From contig CAKKNE010000005.1 in the NCBI GenBank assembly GCA_918797485.1, forward strand, positions 496,001 through 560,000: a DNA stretch of 64,000 nucleotides, given 5' to 3'. This document shows, in pieces, positions 1 to 9,239 of this stretch. The translations under genes and the position numbers were made by a program. Below the pieces are notes generated by a model. The model ran no database searches and was not told the DNA's origin. It saw only the letters and a program-made list of their open reading frames with translations. The stretch comes from Pelagomonas calceolata (taxonomy: Eukaryota). The stretch's first letter is position 1, and every line of letters starts with the position of its first letter.

Positions 1-310
1 GGCCCCTCTGTCGGGCTCACATGTCAAGTCGTCGTATAGTCCGACGCCGACATATCTAGTAATACGCTTATTCACATCGCTAGCATTTCCATGTCTCTGC
101 ATACGCCTCCACATATACGATGGCGCGTCGAGAACGCTGATTTGCGTGGCCGGCCCTCTGCCCTCCGAGCCAAGCATGCACAGAAGAGCGCCGCTATTGG
201 ATCCAGATCGCTGCGCAATCGCTGCCCAGGACGTCGCAGCTGCCAGATAACTCGCGCAGGGTCCGCCAGGAACGAATTGCGCAAGAAGGCAGCAAGTATA
301 GAGAGATACC

Positions 311-2536
311 ATGGGCGCAGGAGGTAGCTTTTTTGAGAAGGACGAGGCGCTGGAGGTGCCGGATGCACCGGACAACATCAAAGCGCTGGCGGCGCGGCTG
401 TCACTGGCGCACGGCATCAACGAGGCCATCCTCGTCCACGGCCTCGTCGCGCTCGAGCCGTGCGTCCAGCGCCGACTGAACCGCGCGATCACCAAGCCGC
501 TGGATTTGGCCTGCCTCCGGGCGTTCAAGGCGGAAATGGAAGGGCAGGCCGTCGCCCCGGACGTCGAGGCCGCTCTCGCCCAGCTACCGGACGGAGTGAA
601 GCCGAAGGTCGAGGCGCTCTTGGACTCGCTCCACCTCTGCGGCGGCTACTTACCAAGGATCGGCGTCGGCTCGGCGGGCCTCTACAAGCATTTTGAAGAG
701 GGCGAGCGCGTGCACGAGATCGCGTACGGCTACGGCATGCGTACGCCGCGGAGTCCGCATCAAGCGATGGTCAAAGTTTACTCTAACGCACAGGCATGCT
801 CGACTGCGCGGGCCCCTGCCCGACGATGCCGGGTTTTGACAAGGCCTTCGCGCGCGTGGCGATCGCCGAGCAGCTCTCGGATAAGGATTTGTCCGACTTC
901 GTGATGGTGGGGCATCCGGACCCCTTCCAGATGGGCGTGGAACCGGGAAATGTCCGGAAGTCGCTCGAGGCCCACGAAGCAGAGATGATGCCTATGAAAC
1001 GCGAGGGGCAGCCGCTCATAGACGTCTACGCTCCGCTGTGCTGCGTGCGCTTCTCTGAGAAGTTTGAGCCGGGCGAGATCGCGTTCGATGAAGTCTGGAA
1101 GGAGTGTGAAGCGCTGTATCGGGAAGGAAAGGTGCGAGCTCTCGGCATCTGCAACATCAGCGCGCCGCAGCTGGAGCGGCTCCTCGAGTTCTGCGAGATC
1201 CGTCCCGCGGTCTATGAGGCCGAGGCGCATATCCTCCACCACCAGCAAGCCATCTACGACCTCTGCCGCCGTGAAAAAATAGCATTCTTGGCTCACACGC
1301 CCCTTGGGCAAGGGTCAGTGCTGGACCAGCAATCGCTCGGTCACGACACGTTATCCCCCGCACAAGCCGCGCTACGCTTTAATTTGGACCGCGGCGTGTC
1401 TGTACTCCCCGGTGCTGAGAAGCTGAGCGAAATAGAGGAGGACCAGGCAACGCCTTTGGGACCGGCTGTGGCGCGGGTCCAGGTTCCGGCCGCGCCGTCG
1501 ATGCTGTCGATGGCCAACATCAACAAGCTGTGGAAGGCCATGATCGCGCCGAATTCAGACATGGAGGCCCGCGACGGTCATTGGTACGGCAAACCCTCAG
1601 AGGTCGTGCGGCCGGTCCGGAAAGAAGTGCTCGCGCAGAACAAGGCGATTATCGAGCAGATCCACCCGATCATCAAGAACCTGCCGCGGAAGGAGAGCGC
1701 CGCGACGCGTCGCAAGGTCATCTGCGAGGAGCTCGCCAAGCTCGGCGATGATGAAGGGCGCAAGCTAGGCGCCATGAAGGTGATTCCCGCCGACGTCTTT
1801 GGCGCGAGGGACTCCATCCCTAGACGCTCGTGCAAGGACGAAGGACCGACGCCCCAGGTCGACGCGTCCGAGCTGCCTGAGGGCGCCAAGATTCTCTTCT
1901 TCTCCCAGCGCTGGCTGACGCTTACACATCCAGATGACGATCAAGGAACGAAGCGCCAGGCGATCGTCGCTGCCGCGGAGGCCTACGCGAAGCAGGAGGG
2001 CGTCGACCTCGACAAGGTATACATTTGGTTCGACCTCGCCTGCGTCGAACAGGACGATCTCGCGGAACTAATCCGCGGTGTAAACGCGTTGGGGTTATAC
2101 ATCACGGCCTGCGACGCGTTCGTGTCGATCGATCACCCGGAGTACTGGAGCCGAGCCTGGTGTCTTGTGGAGCAAGAGTTCGCCCGGTGCGCCGGCGTGA
2201 AGAGATACGTCATATCGGAGGGCAAGCTGGCCCCCACCAGTGCATCAATCAAAATTTCACGGCGCCGTGTCGTCGACATCAACGCCATCGATTTGCGCAC
2301 AGGCCCCCACGGACCACGAGGTCACTGATCCGCGTGACGGCAACCTCACCGTCGAGGACGACCGCGCGGCCATCGACGTGCTCTGCCTCGTCGCCGACGA
2401 CCTGCGCTCGCGGCTCTACCTGTCCGCCGTGTCGCAGATGTTCTCCGAGGCAAACCTCGATGAGGCCATGGGCAAGGCCTGGCACAACAAGGACGAAGTC
2501 CCGGACGCACTTCGCCAGAACATCATCGAGACCTAG
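311..2536 (+). CDS. Aldo-keto reductase-like domain fused to a C-terminal HET-like domain; exons 311-740, 794-2229, 2303-2536
   Basis: A GT-AG intron at 741-793 joins the frames to give GMRMLDCA (AKR GYRHIDTA-like). Other AKR motifs: LYREGKVRALGICN, AFLAHTPLGQG, SPAQAALRF. C-terminal motifs FFSQRWL..HPDD, YIWFDLACVEQDD, EYWSRAWCLVE, DPRDGNLT. A GC-AG intron at 2230-2302 restores the frame. Starts MGAGGS. Confidence 0.75.
2238..2302. mobile_element. Introner element (non-autonomous DNA transposon forming intron 2230-2302)
   Basis: Perfect 8-bp TSD gcccccac at 2230-2237 and 2303-2310. Imperfect TIRs cagtgcatcaatc / gatttgcgcacag. Splicing from the GC of the first TSD to the terminal AG restores the ORF exactly. 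Confidence 0.9.
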
Positions 2537-2633
2537 TCGGTCCCCTTTTTCTTCTCACTACGTCCCTTTCCCCTCAGAGCCCCCTCAATGCCATAAGTGG
2601 ACTCTTGATCTTAGTATCATCACGGCACGACCC

Positions 2634-4016
2634 CTAGTGGCCGCCATGCGCGGCCTTCGGCAAAGCCGGCTTCACGCGCGACCGCGGCCGATCGCCGGCG
2701 CTGTGGTGCTTCACGGGATGCGCGCTGTGCTTCTGCCCCGGCGCGTGGCCCGCGATGAGGCCGTCGAGCATGGGCGCGTCTTCCGCGTGCTGCGCCTGGA
2801 GCTCCTTGGCCGCGGCGTTCATCTTGACTCGCTCCGCCTCGGCCTCCTCCCTTCCGCGTTCGTTGGCGGAGATGTCCTCCTCCGCTGCGACGAACGTGGC
2901 GTCGAAGGCTCTGGCAATTTTGTCGCCCTCGGCGCCGGCGGGCTGCCAGTGCTCGAGCGTGATCGCGCGCCACGCGCCGAAGCAACTCACGTCCGAGTAG
3001 TTGCCGCACTTCATCGCGTCGTCCAGACTAAACGAGTCGACGCCGAGGATCTCGCACTTGTCATCTGCGATAGTGACTCGACCGCACTTGAACAGGTAGT
3101 GCAGGGCCCAGTCCTCGGCCTCCGTACCTGTTTTGGATAGGGTAGGCTTCTTGCCCTTGTTGTAGGCCGTGACCGCCCTAGCAAGCTCAGCTTCGGACAC
3201 TAACACGGGCTCGTAGGTCTCGTGCTGAGCCGCTCGAGTACAGACGAGCATGTAGTCCCGTCTCGCATTCAGGAACAATTGCAACCGTAGATACGCCTTC
3301 GCCTTGGAGATGAAGACCGTGTCGTGGCCGACGCACGTAAAGTCCCTCGCTTTCTGCGCCCGTTCTTCCAGAGCCATATCACATAACTCTCGCTTCGACG
3401 TCACGGCCTCCTCCTGGAGGATGCGCTTGCGCCTATACTCGTTCTGGATCTTCTCGTCGACGGCGCCGGCGGTGGAGAAGGCCTTGAGCTTCTCCTTCTT
3501 CCTTCTGAGCCGCGACGCGGGACTCAAGACTTCCGGCGCCGAATCGGTGTTCTTCTGCTTCAAGGGCGACGCCATCCGGTGAGAGGGCGTCCTCACCGGC
3601 GAGAGGGCGTCCTCCTTCTGTGCAATAGGCTGCACTTTACTGTCCGCGCCGACGGCGCGCTTGACGCGCTGCAGCATCGACGGCGCCTTGACGGGCGCGG
3701 TCTTCGCCTCGGGCAGCTCAGCGGGCTTCTTCGTCGCGCCATGCTCGGGCGTGGCGCGCTTCACGTGTTTGTCAGGCGTCGTCTTGTTTGGCGTCGTCTT
3801 CTTGGCGCCATGCTGCTCGGGCGTCTTCTTCACGTGCCGCCCCGACGGCGTCTTCACTGGTGTAGTACGCGTCGGATTAACCTTCTCCGCGGCCCTGACG
3901 CGCGCGATTTCCTCCTCCAGGAACTTCCAACAGAGCTGAAGGTTCGGCTTCTGGGCGGCGATGAGGCGCTGCTCGGCCAGCAGCGCTTCGAGGTGCTGGG
4001 CGTGGCTGCGGACCAT
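2634..4016 (-). CDS. Hypothetical protein (~460 aa) with a STAR/Qua1 dimerisation-like N-terminus and a K/T/P-rich repeat linker
   Basis: Long ORF; likely ATG at 4016 (MVRSH). HLEALLAEQRLI...LCWKFLEEEIARVR resembles the Qua1 helical hairpin. KKTTP-type repeats follow. Confidence 0.65.
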   Translation of the reverse strand: MVRSHAQHLEALLAEQRLIAAQKPNLQLCWKFLEEEIARVRAAEKVNPTRTTPVKTPSGRHVKKTPEQHGAKKTTPNKTTPDKHVKRATPEHGATKKPAELPEAKTAPVKAPSMLQRVKRAVGADSKVQPIAQKEDALSPVRTPSHRMASPLKQKNTDSAPEVLSPASRLRRKKEKLKAFSTAGAVDEKIQNEYRRKRILQEEAVTSKRELCDMALEERAQKARDFTCVGHDTVFISKAKAYLRLQLFLNARRDYMLVCTRAAQHETYEPVLVSEAELARAVTAYNKGKKPTLSKTGTEAEDWALHYLFKCGRVTIADDKCEILGVDSFSLDDAMKCGNYSDVSCFGAWRAITLEHWQPAGAEGDKIARAFDATFVAAEEDISANERGREEAEAERVKMNAAAKELQAQHAEDAPMLDGLIAGHAPGQKHSAHPVKHHSAGDRPRSRVKPALPKAAHGGH

Positions 4017-4293
4017 ATTACAACGCTGCGACGTCGCGGGCAGCCCCACGAAGCACAATGAAGTCGGGGCGCAGGCTCCTTCCAAAATTCGGTGCCGGGG
4101 CAGCCGCACGCGGCCCCACGAAGCGACGTTCAGGTCGGGACGGCGTGAAACCGTGAAACAAGTGGAACCCGCACGCCCTGCGGAAAGAGCCTCCATGGGC
4201 CTTTCCAGGACCTGCGGGACCCCCCACGAGAGCTCTCTCCGGGACGTCGTGCGGGTACCATTTCAAAGCAAAGAGAGAGGAGGGCACGAAAGC

Positions 4294-6291
4294 ATGTCCT
4301 TGAACGAGCTGCGCGACGCCTGGCGGGCCAACGACTGGGGCGACGCGGCCATGGACACGAAGCAGGCAGCCCCCCTCGCTCAACATCCGCCGCACCGGCG
4401 CAGCCGCAAGAGATGGGACATGATCCTGAATGGGATGCCCGAGGACGTGTTGTGCCGCACGCTCGGTTTATTGCTGTTTGAAAGTAGTGACGCTCCCACC
4501 GACGAAGATGGGGTGAAGGCGCCGCCTCCACCTCTCCTGCCGCAGTCGCCGGCGGCGGCCGCGCTCGGTCTCCCGGAGCACGCGGATCTGGCCAAATTAA
4601 GAGAGCGGGCCGCCGTCGCCAGTCGTTTAGCGGTCGTCTCCAAACCCTGGCAGCGGCTGATGAAGGCGACGGGCGCCTTCGCTTCCCTTGTACTAAGGCA
4701 CGACCGGCTCGTCGATACGTTTGACACTCGGGTCGTGATGGGAGGGGTACACAGGGAAGGCGCCGACAACGCCCTGAAGGCCCTGACGGCGTCGTGCCAG
4801 CGCGTCTGGTTCCGCGACGACGGGAGCGGCGCGTTCCGGAAAGGGGCCCAGTTCGACCGCTGGCTCTGGGACGACGTCTTGCCCCTGGCTTCTTGTGTTT
4901 CATTGAGATGCTGCGGCTGTCCTGCTTTAGATCGATTGGCGTTTCGGAACGTCGTGACTTTGGATCTCGGGTTCTCGGACGTCGACGATAGCTCCCTAGG
5001 CCACATCGGCGCGTCCTCGAAGCACACGTTACGGCGCTTGGCCTTGCCGATGTGCCATCGAGTGGGTAGCGAGGGCGCGGGCAAATTGGCCGGTGCTGGT
5101 TTTAGCAAACTAGAGAGATTGGACATATCTGGTTGTAGACTATCTGCGGGTGATGTGGCTGTCTTAGTCGCATCATTGAGATCTTCTCTGCGTTCCTTGG
5201 ACCTGTCCCAATGTCGACCGGACGACCTGCCGCCGCGACCATTACCAGCACACATGGAGGAGAGCTACTCGTACGGCGCGGCTGTAAGTGGAGACATAAC
5301 CGACGATCGGTTGGAGCACTTCGCGACGGAATGCGGGTTGACGGTCGTGCGAGGAGATGCGACGATGACCGTTCACGAGCCGGTGCCTTTAGCCTTAGCT
5401 TTTGACCCCTGCTGCGTCGCGGACTGCGTGTCGCTGGCTTCTACCAAACAACCTTCTACCTTAATAAGTGTGGGCCCCGGCCGCGTGCAGCTCATCAACA
5501 ATGGGCCGCGCTTCGTTCTATCCGCAGTGGCCGTTGATTTTGGAGGGTCTTTCCACAAAAACAGGGCATCTGCAGCCTTGGCCATCGCGGACGCCCACGC
5601 TTCTACATTAAGACGGTGCCGCTTCCACCGCTTGTGTGCGAAAGGCACCGTGCCCGAACCTGTGGATGCGGACGTCGTGGCGCGAACCGTGTTCTGTGGC
5701 ATGCCCTGTCTGGTCGACGCGGGCTTCGGGCATTGTGGTTTAACCGATGTGGGGTTGGATTTACTTGGTGGTGCGTGGCGGTCTGGCAGTCTGCACGCTC
5801 TGGTCGAGTTGGACTTACAACGGTCTCGGGTGTCGTCGGCAGGCCTGGTCGCTTTATGTGATCAGCTCCCCTCCTCACTCAAGTTGAGGAGGTTGGACGT
5901 CAGTCGCTGTAGAATAGACGACGCCGCCATGATCGCGATCTTCCGCGCCGGCTTCGATTCATTAAGGATCCTCCACGCCGACGAGATCCCGCCTTTGACC
6001 GATAATATGTTGGAGCCGTTGAGGGCTCCAACCTGCTGCCCGGCGTTAGTTGCTCTACACTTACGAGGTGTCAAGCACCACGGCCGCATCACGCAACATG
6101 GGGTGGACGACGTGTTGGTTGCGCGGGGCCTGCCGCCCATGGACCGGCGCGGGCCAGGGTTGCCGGGGTTGCGGGGCGGCGGTCTGGAGATCCTGGGGGC
6201 CTTTGCTACCGGAAAAACTCCCGCGCGGCGGCCCGCGCCGCGGTTGCCGCGGCACTCGACGGCGTTCCGGGGGCTGCAGGACTACCTCTGA
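4294..6291 (+). CDS. F-box-like / RNI-type leucine-rich repeat protein
   Basis: LNGMPEDVLCRTLGLL (F-box-like). LRRs include LERLDISGCRL, LRSLDLSQC, LVELDLQRSRV and LRRLDVSRCRI. Confidence 0.75.
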   Translation: MSLNELRDAWRANDWGDAAMDTKQAAPLAQHPPHRRSRKRWDMILNGMPEDVLCRTLGLLLFESSDAPTDEDGVKAPPPPLLPQSPAAAALGLPEHADLAKLRERAAVASRLAVVSKPWQRLMKATGAFASLVLRHDRLVDTFDTRVVMGGVHREGADNALKALTASCQRVWFRDDGSGAFRKGAQFDRWLWDDVLPLASCVSLRCCGCPALDRLAFRNVVTLDLGFSDVDDSSLGHIGASSKHTLRRLALPMCHRVGSEGAGKLAGAGFSKLERLDISGCRLSAGDVAVLVASLRSSLRSLDLSQCRPDDLPPRPLPAHMEESYSYGAAVSGDITDDRLEHFATECGLTVVRGDATMTVHEPVPLALAFDPCCVADCVSLASTKQPSTLISVGPGRVQLINNGPRFVLSAVAVDFGGSFHKNRASAALAIADAHASTLRRCRFHRLCAKGTVPEPVDADVVARTVFCGMPCLVDAGFGHCGLTDVGLDLLGGAWRSGSLHALVELDLQRSRVSSAGLVALCDQLPSSLKLRRLDVSRCRIDDAAMIAIFRAGFDSLRILHADEIPPLTDNMLEPLRAPTCCPALVALHLRGVKHHGRITQHGVDDVLVARGLPPMDRRGPGLPGLRGGGLEILGAFATGKTPARRPAPRLPRHSTAFRGLQDYL

Positions 6292-6422
6292 GTAACTTTA
6301 TTGAAATTTTGCGCTTTGCTCCCGTAGTCGAGAGGCCGTCGCTGTAAAACCCGTTTTGATTCGGGTCGTTCCGGGCACCACGCTCGACGCCGCTCGTTTG
6401 AGACGCCAAATACGCGTTCACC

Positions 6423-7541
6423 ATGGCGCTGGAGCCGCGGCGCTACGACCGCATCCTAAACGAGGCGCCGGATGATGTTTTGGGCCTTATTTTTGGCTTC
6501 CTCCTCTTCGAGGCGTCGACGGACGACGGCGTGCGCGCCCCGCCGCCTCCATTGCTGCAGCAGTCACCGGCCGACACCATGCTCGGACTCACGGAGCACG
6601 CGGACCTCGCGAAATTAAGAGAGAGCGTCGTGGTCGCGTCGAGACTCGCGGTCGTGGCGCAGCGGTGGCGCAATACTACGAGACGCGCGGGCGCGGTCGC
6701 GTCGCTCGTGCTGCGGCACGACAAACTTTGCGAGGCCTTCGACTCGGGCAACGACGCGGCATTGATTTCGCTGACGGCGGACTGTCGGCGAGTCTGGTTC
6801 CGCGACGATGGAAGTGGAGCCTTCCGCAAAGGCGTCGAGTTCGAGAAGTGGCTTTGGGGCAAAATTCTGCCGCTAGCTAGTTACCTCGCGCTGCGGTGCT
6901 GCGGGTGTCCGGCTCTGGGTCAACTGGGGTTGCGGACGCTCGTGACCCTGGATTTGGGCTCGGGCTTCGGCCGCTGCGGTCTGACGGACGTGGGACTCGA
7001 CTACTTAGGAAGGGCGTGGCGGACGGGCTCGCTTCATGCGCTGGTCGAGCTCGATCTCCAACAGTCGCGCGTGTCGACGGCGGGCGTATGCGCGTTGTGC
7101 GCGGACCTCCCATCCAATCTAGCGTTGACACGCCTCGACGTGTCGCGGTGCCGCATCGATGACGCGGCCTTCGTAGCCATCTTCCGCGCCGGCTTCAACG
7201 CCTTGAAAATCCTGCACGCGGACGAGATTCCGCCGCTGACCGATGCGATGCTCGAGCCGCTACGCGACGCGGCGTGCTGCCCGGCGCTCGTCGCGTTCTT
7301 TTTGCGGGGCATCAAGCACCACGGCCGCGTCACGGTTCAGGGCGTCGATGACGTGCTCGTCGCGAGAGGTTTACCACCAATGGACCGGCGGGGCCCCGGG
7401 CTGCCGGGACTCCACGGCGACGAGCTCGAGATCCTGGGCGCCTTTGCCACCGGGGCGGCGCCGCCACCGCCGTGGGACTCCTCCCCCGAGACACTCGTCG
7501 ACGGCGCTCCGGAGACTGTGCTGTGGGATTCTAACTACTAG
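6423..7541 (+). CDS. Tandem paralog of the upstream LRR protein with an internal deletion
   Basis: Shares HADLAKLRE, VWFRDDGSGAFRKG, LHADEIPPLTD and ARGLPPMDRRGPGLPGL with 4294-6291. Confidence 0.8.
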   Translation: MALEPRRYDRILNEAPDDVLGLIFGFLLFEASTDDGVRAPPPPLLQQSPADTMLGLTEHADLAKLRESVVVASRLAVVAQRWRNTTRRAGAVASLVLRHDKLCEAFDSGNDAALISLTADCRRVWFRDDGSGAFRKGVEFEKWLWGKILPLASYLALRCCGCPALGQLGLRTLVTLDLGSGFGRCGLTDVGLDYLGRAWRTGSLHALVELDLQQSRVSTAGVCALCADLPSNLALTRLDVSRCRIDDAAFVAIFRAGFNALKILHADEIPPLTDAMLEPLRDAACCPALVAFFLRGIKHHGRVTVQGVDDVLVARGLPPMDRRGPGLPGLHGDELEILGAFATGAAPPPPWDSSPETLVDGAPETVLWDSNY

Positions 7542-8061
7542 CTTAATACTTCCTCCAAGTCGCAGACGAGCGTCGCCGCGACGCTGCCGAGCGGCGTCAG
7601 CGTCGGCGCCTTCGCGGCGAGGGCCTCGAGCGTCTCGCGCTCGGCCGCTTCGATCACGTCGAGTCGCGCTCGTTCGGATTGCACAACAAAAAATTGAGCG
7701 TCCAGCCGTCGGGACTCCGCTTGACCATGGCGAGGGTGTTCGGGCCCGGCTCTCGCATCCCGGCGTAGCAGACCGTCGCGCCGCCGCCGCCCTTCGCCGC
7801 CGCCGCGAGCGCCAGACTCGTCTTCTGCCACATGTCCAACGCCTTGGCCACCTCGGTCCGACGCTTTAGGTCATCACCGAACCGCAGGACGCCGGTGACG
7901 CCGTCGTCCCTAATGCCAACTTTTTGATCCAATTCTGCCTGGTCCGTGGCCCACCGTTTCGCCAGCATCGCGGCCGCTAACGGCTTCATTTCGACCAGGT
8001 TTAGGGCAAGGCAGGGTGCCATCAGCAGCATCAGCAGCATCGGGACGAGCGACGCCCGCAT
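7538..8061 (-). CDS. Small signal-peptide protein, apparently frameshifted near 7660
   Basis: Hydrophobic leader MRASLVPMLLMLLMAPCLAL. The frame stops at 7654, but protein-like sequence (DVIEAAERETLEALAAK) continues in another frame to 7538. Confidence 0.5.
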
Positions 8062-8341
8062 GACTCCGTTTTCGGGCTTCCGCAGCAGTTCGGATGGATT
8101 TGGTGGTAACGCGAGCTTGGTTTGGTATCCCGCGCCAAATCGGCTGAGTAATCACTCCCAAAAGCTGGCGCTCTCCCTGCCGCAAAAGCTTGGCACTGCT
8201 TCAAACAGCACGCATACCTAGGCACGAACATATACGCGCATTAAACGAGCTCAGCGAAGCGGCCATTGATCGCCGACGCAAGCTTATTGCGAGCGTGCTC
8301 CTCTCAACAAGTGCTGCAAGGCAGCGCACCAGCAAGCTGCA

Positions 8342-9070
8342 ATGCGCCTCCTCCTCATAGCTGCAGCGCTGCAAGTCGGCGCGTTCACGCCGTCCGGCGA
8401 CGGCCGGCCGCCGAGCCGGCTGCGCGCGGAAGACAAACCGAAGGATCCCATCGTAAGCGCCGCCGGCTGGCCGCGCGTCAAGGCGCTGCTCGACCGGCTG
8501 CCGGTGTTCACGGTGGCGAACGAGCAGGGCCAGCCGCTGCAGTACGAGGCCGACGGAAAACCGCTCGCACTGCTGTACGCGGACGTAGATGCGGCAAAAT
8601 CGGAGTTGAAATCGGCGAAGGAGGAGCACCCTTCGTTAGGTCTGGACATCGTGCCCATGGGCCTCGGGGAGGCGTTCCAGCTGCATCGAACGGGCGCCGC
8701 GGTCCTGATCCCGTCGCAGGATAGCATGGAGGCCGCGGGCGCGCCCAAAGGCGCGTCGCCGCTCGGCCAAGAGTTACCTCTGTTCGCCTGCATGGAGATG
8801 GCCGTGCAAGGTGAAGACGGGAAGCCCGTACTGCCCTTGTTTTTGGATCGGGCCGAGGCGCAGCAGGCCGTCGAGGACGCGATGGCGGCCGACGACGGCG
8901 ACGCGAAGCTCGAGATTGTTGGGTTGTCGTTGCACAAGGCATTGGAACAATTAGTATCGCAGGAGTCTTCTGCGTTCTCGTTCGTGCCGCCCGCATCGTC
9001 CCTCGCGCACATCCAGAGTTACCTCGAGAACTCGGGCGGCGTCGGCGTGAATACTAGTCCGCCGTCGTAA
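8342..9070 (+). CDS. TIC22: Tic22-like plastid import chaperone
   Basis: Signal peptide with a GAF cleavage-type motif. LDRLPVFTVANEQGQPL and LPLFLDRAEA match the Tic22 repeats. Confidence 0.8.
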   Translation: MRLLLIAAALQVGAFTPSGDGRPPSRLRAEDKPKDPIVSAAGWPRVKALLDRLPVFTVANEQGQPLQYEADGKPLALLYADVDAAKSELKSAKEEHPSLGLDIVPMGLGEAFQLHRTGAAVLIPSQDSMEAAGAPKGASPLGQELPLFACMEMAVQGEDGKPVLPLFLDRAEAQQAVEDAMAADDGDAKLEIVGLSLHKALEQLVSQESSAFSFVPPASSLAHIQSYLENSGGVGVNTSPPS

Positions 9071-9239
9071 CTTGAACAGTGCTAAACGCCATCGACGCGA
9101 CGCCTCCCCGGGGGAACGCGTCGGAAGCACCGCGGACCGCGAAGACTCGGAGCAATATCGAATAAATACTCTTATATGGTCAATGTTCAGCTAACAGCGG
9201 GTCGTGGACCCTGGGTCGAGCGGTGGAGGGTCAAAATGG

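Noticed and set aside
735..799. Introner with a gcatgc TSD in the first AKR intron
   Set aside because: There are no TIRs and the repeat is only 6-7 bp. The canonical GT at 741 gives the better AKR motif.
2025..3140. Long alternative-frame or antisense ORFs (also 11109-12281, 21945-23021, 25596-26681, 37839-38840, 45409-46677)
   Set aside because: These are R/P/A/G-rich shadow ORFs expected in high-GC DNA, and they overlap better-supported genes.
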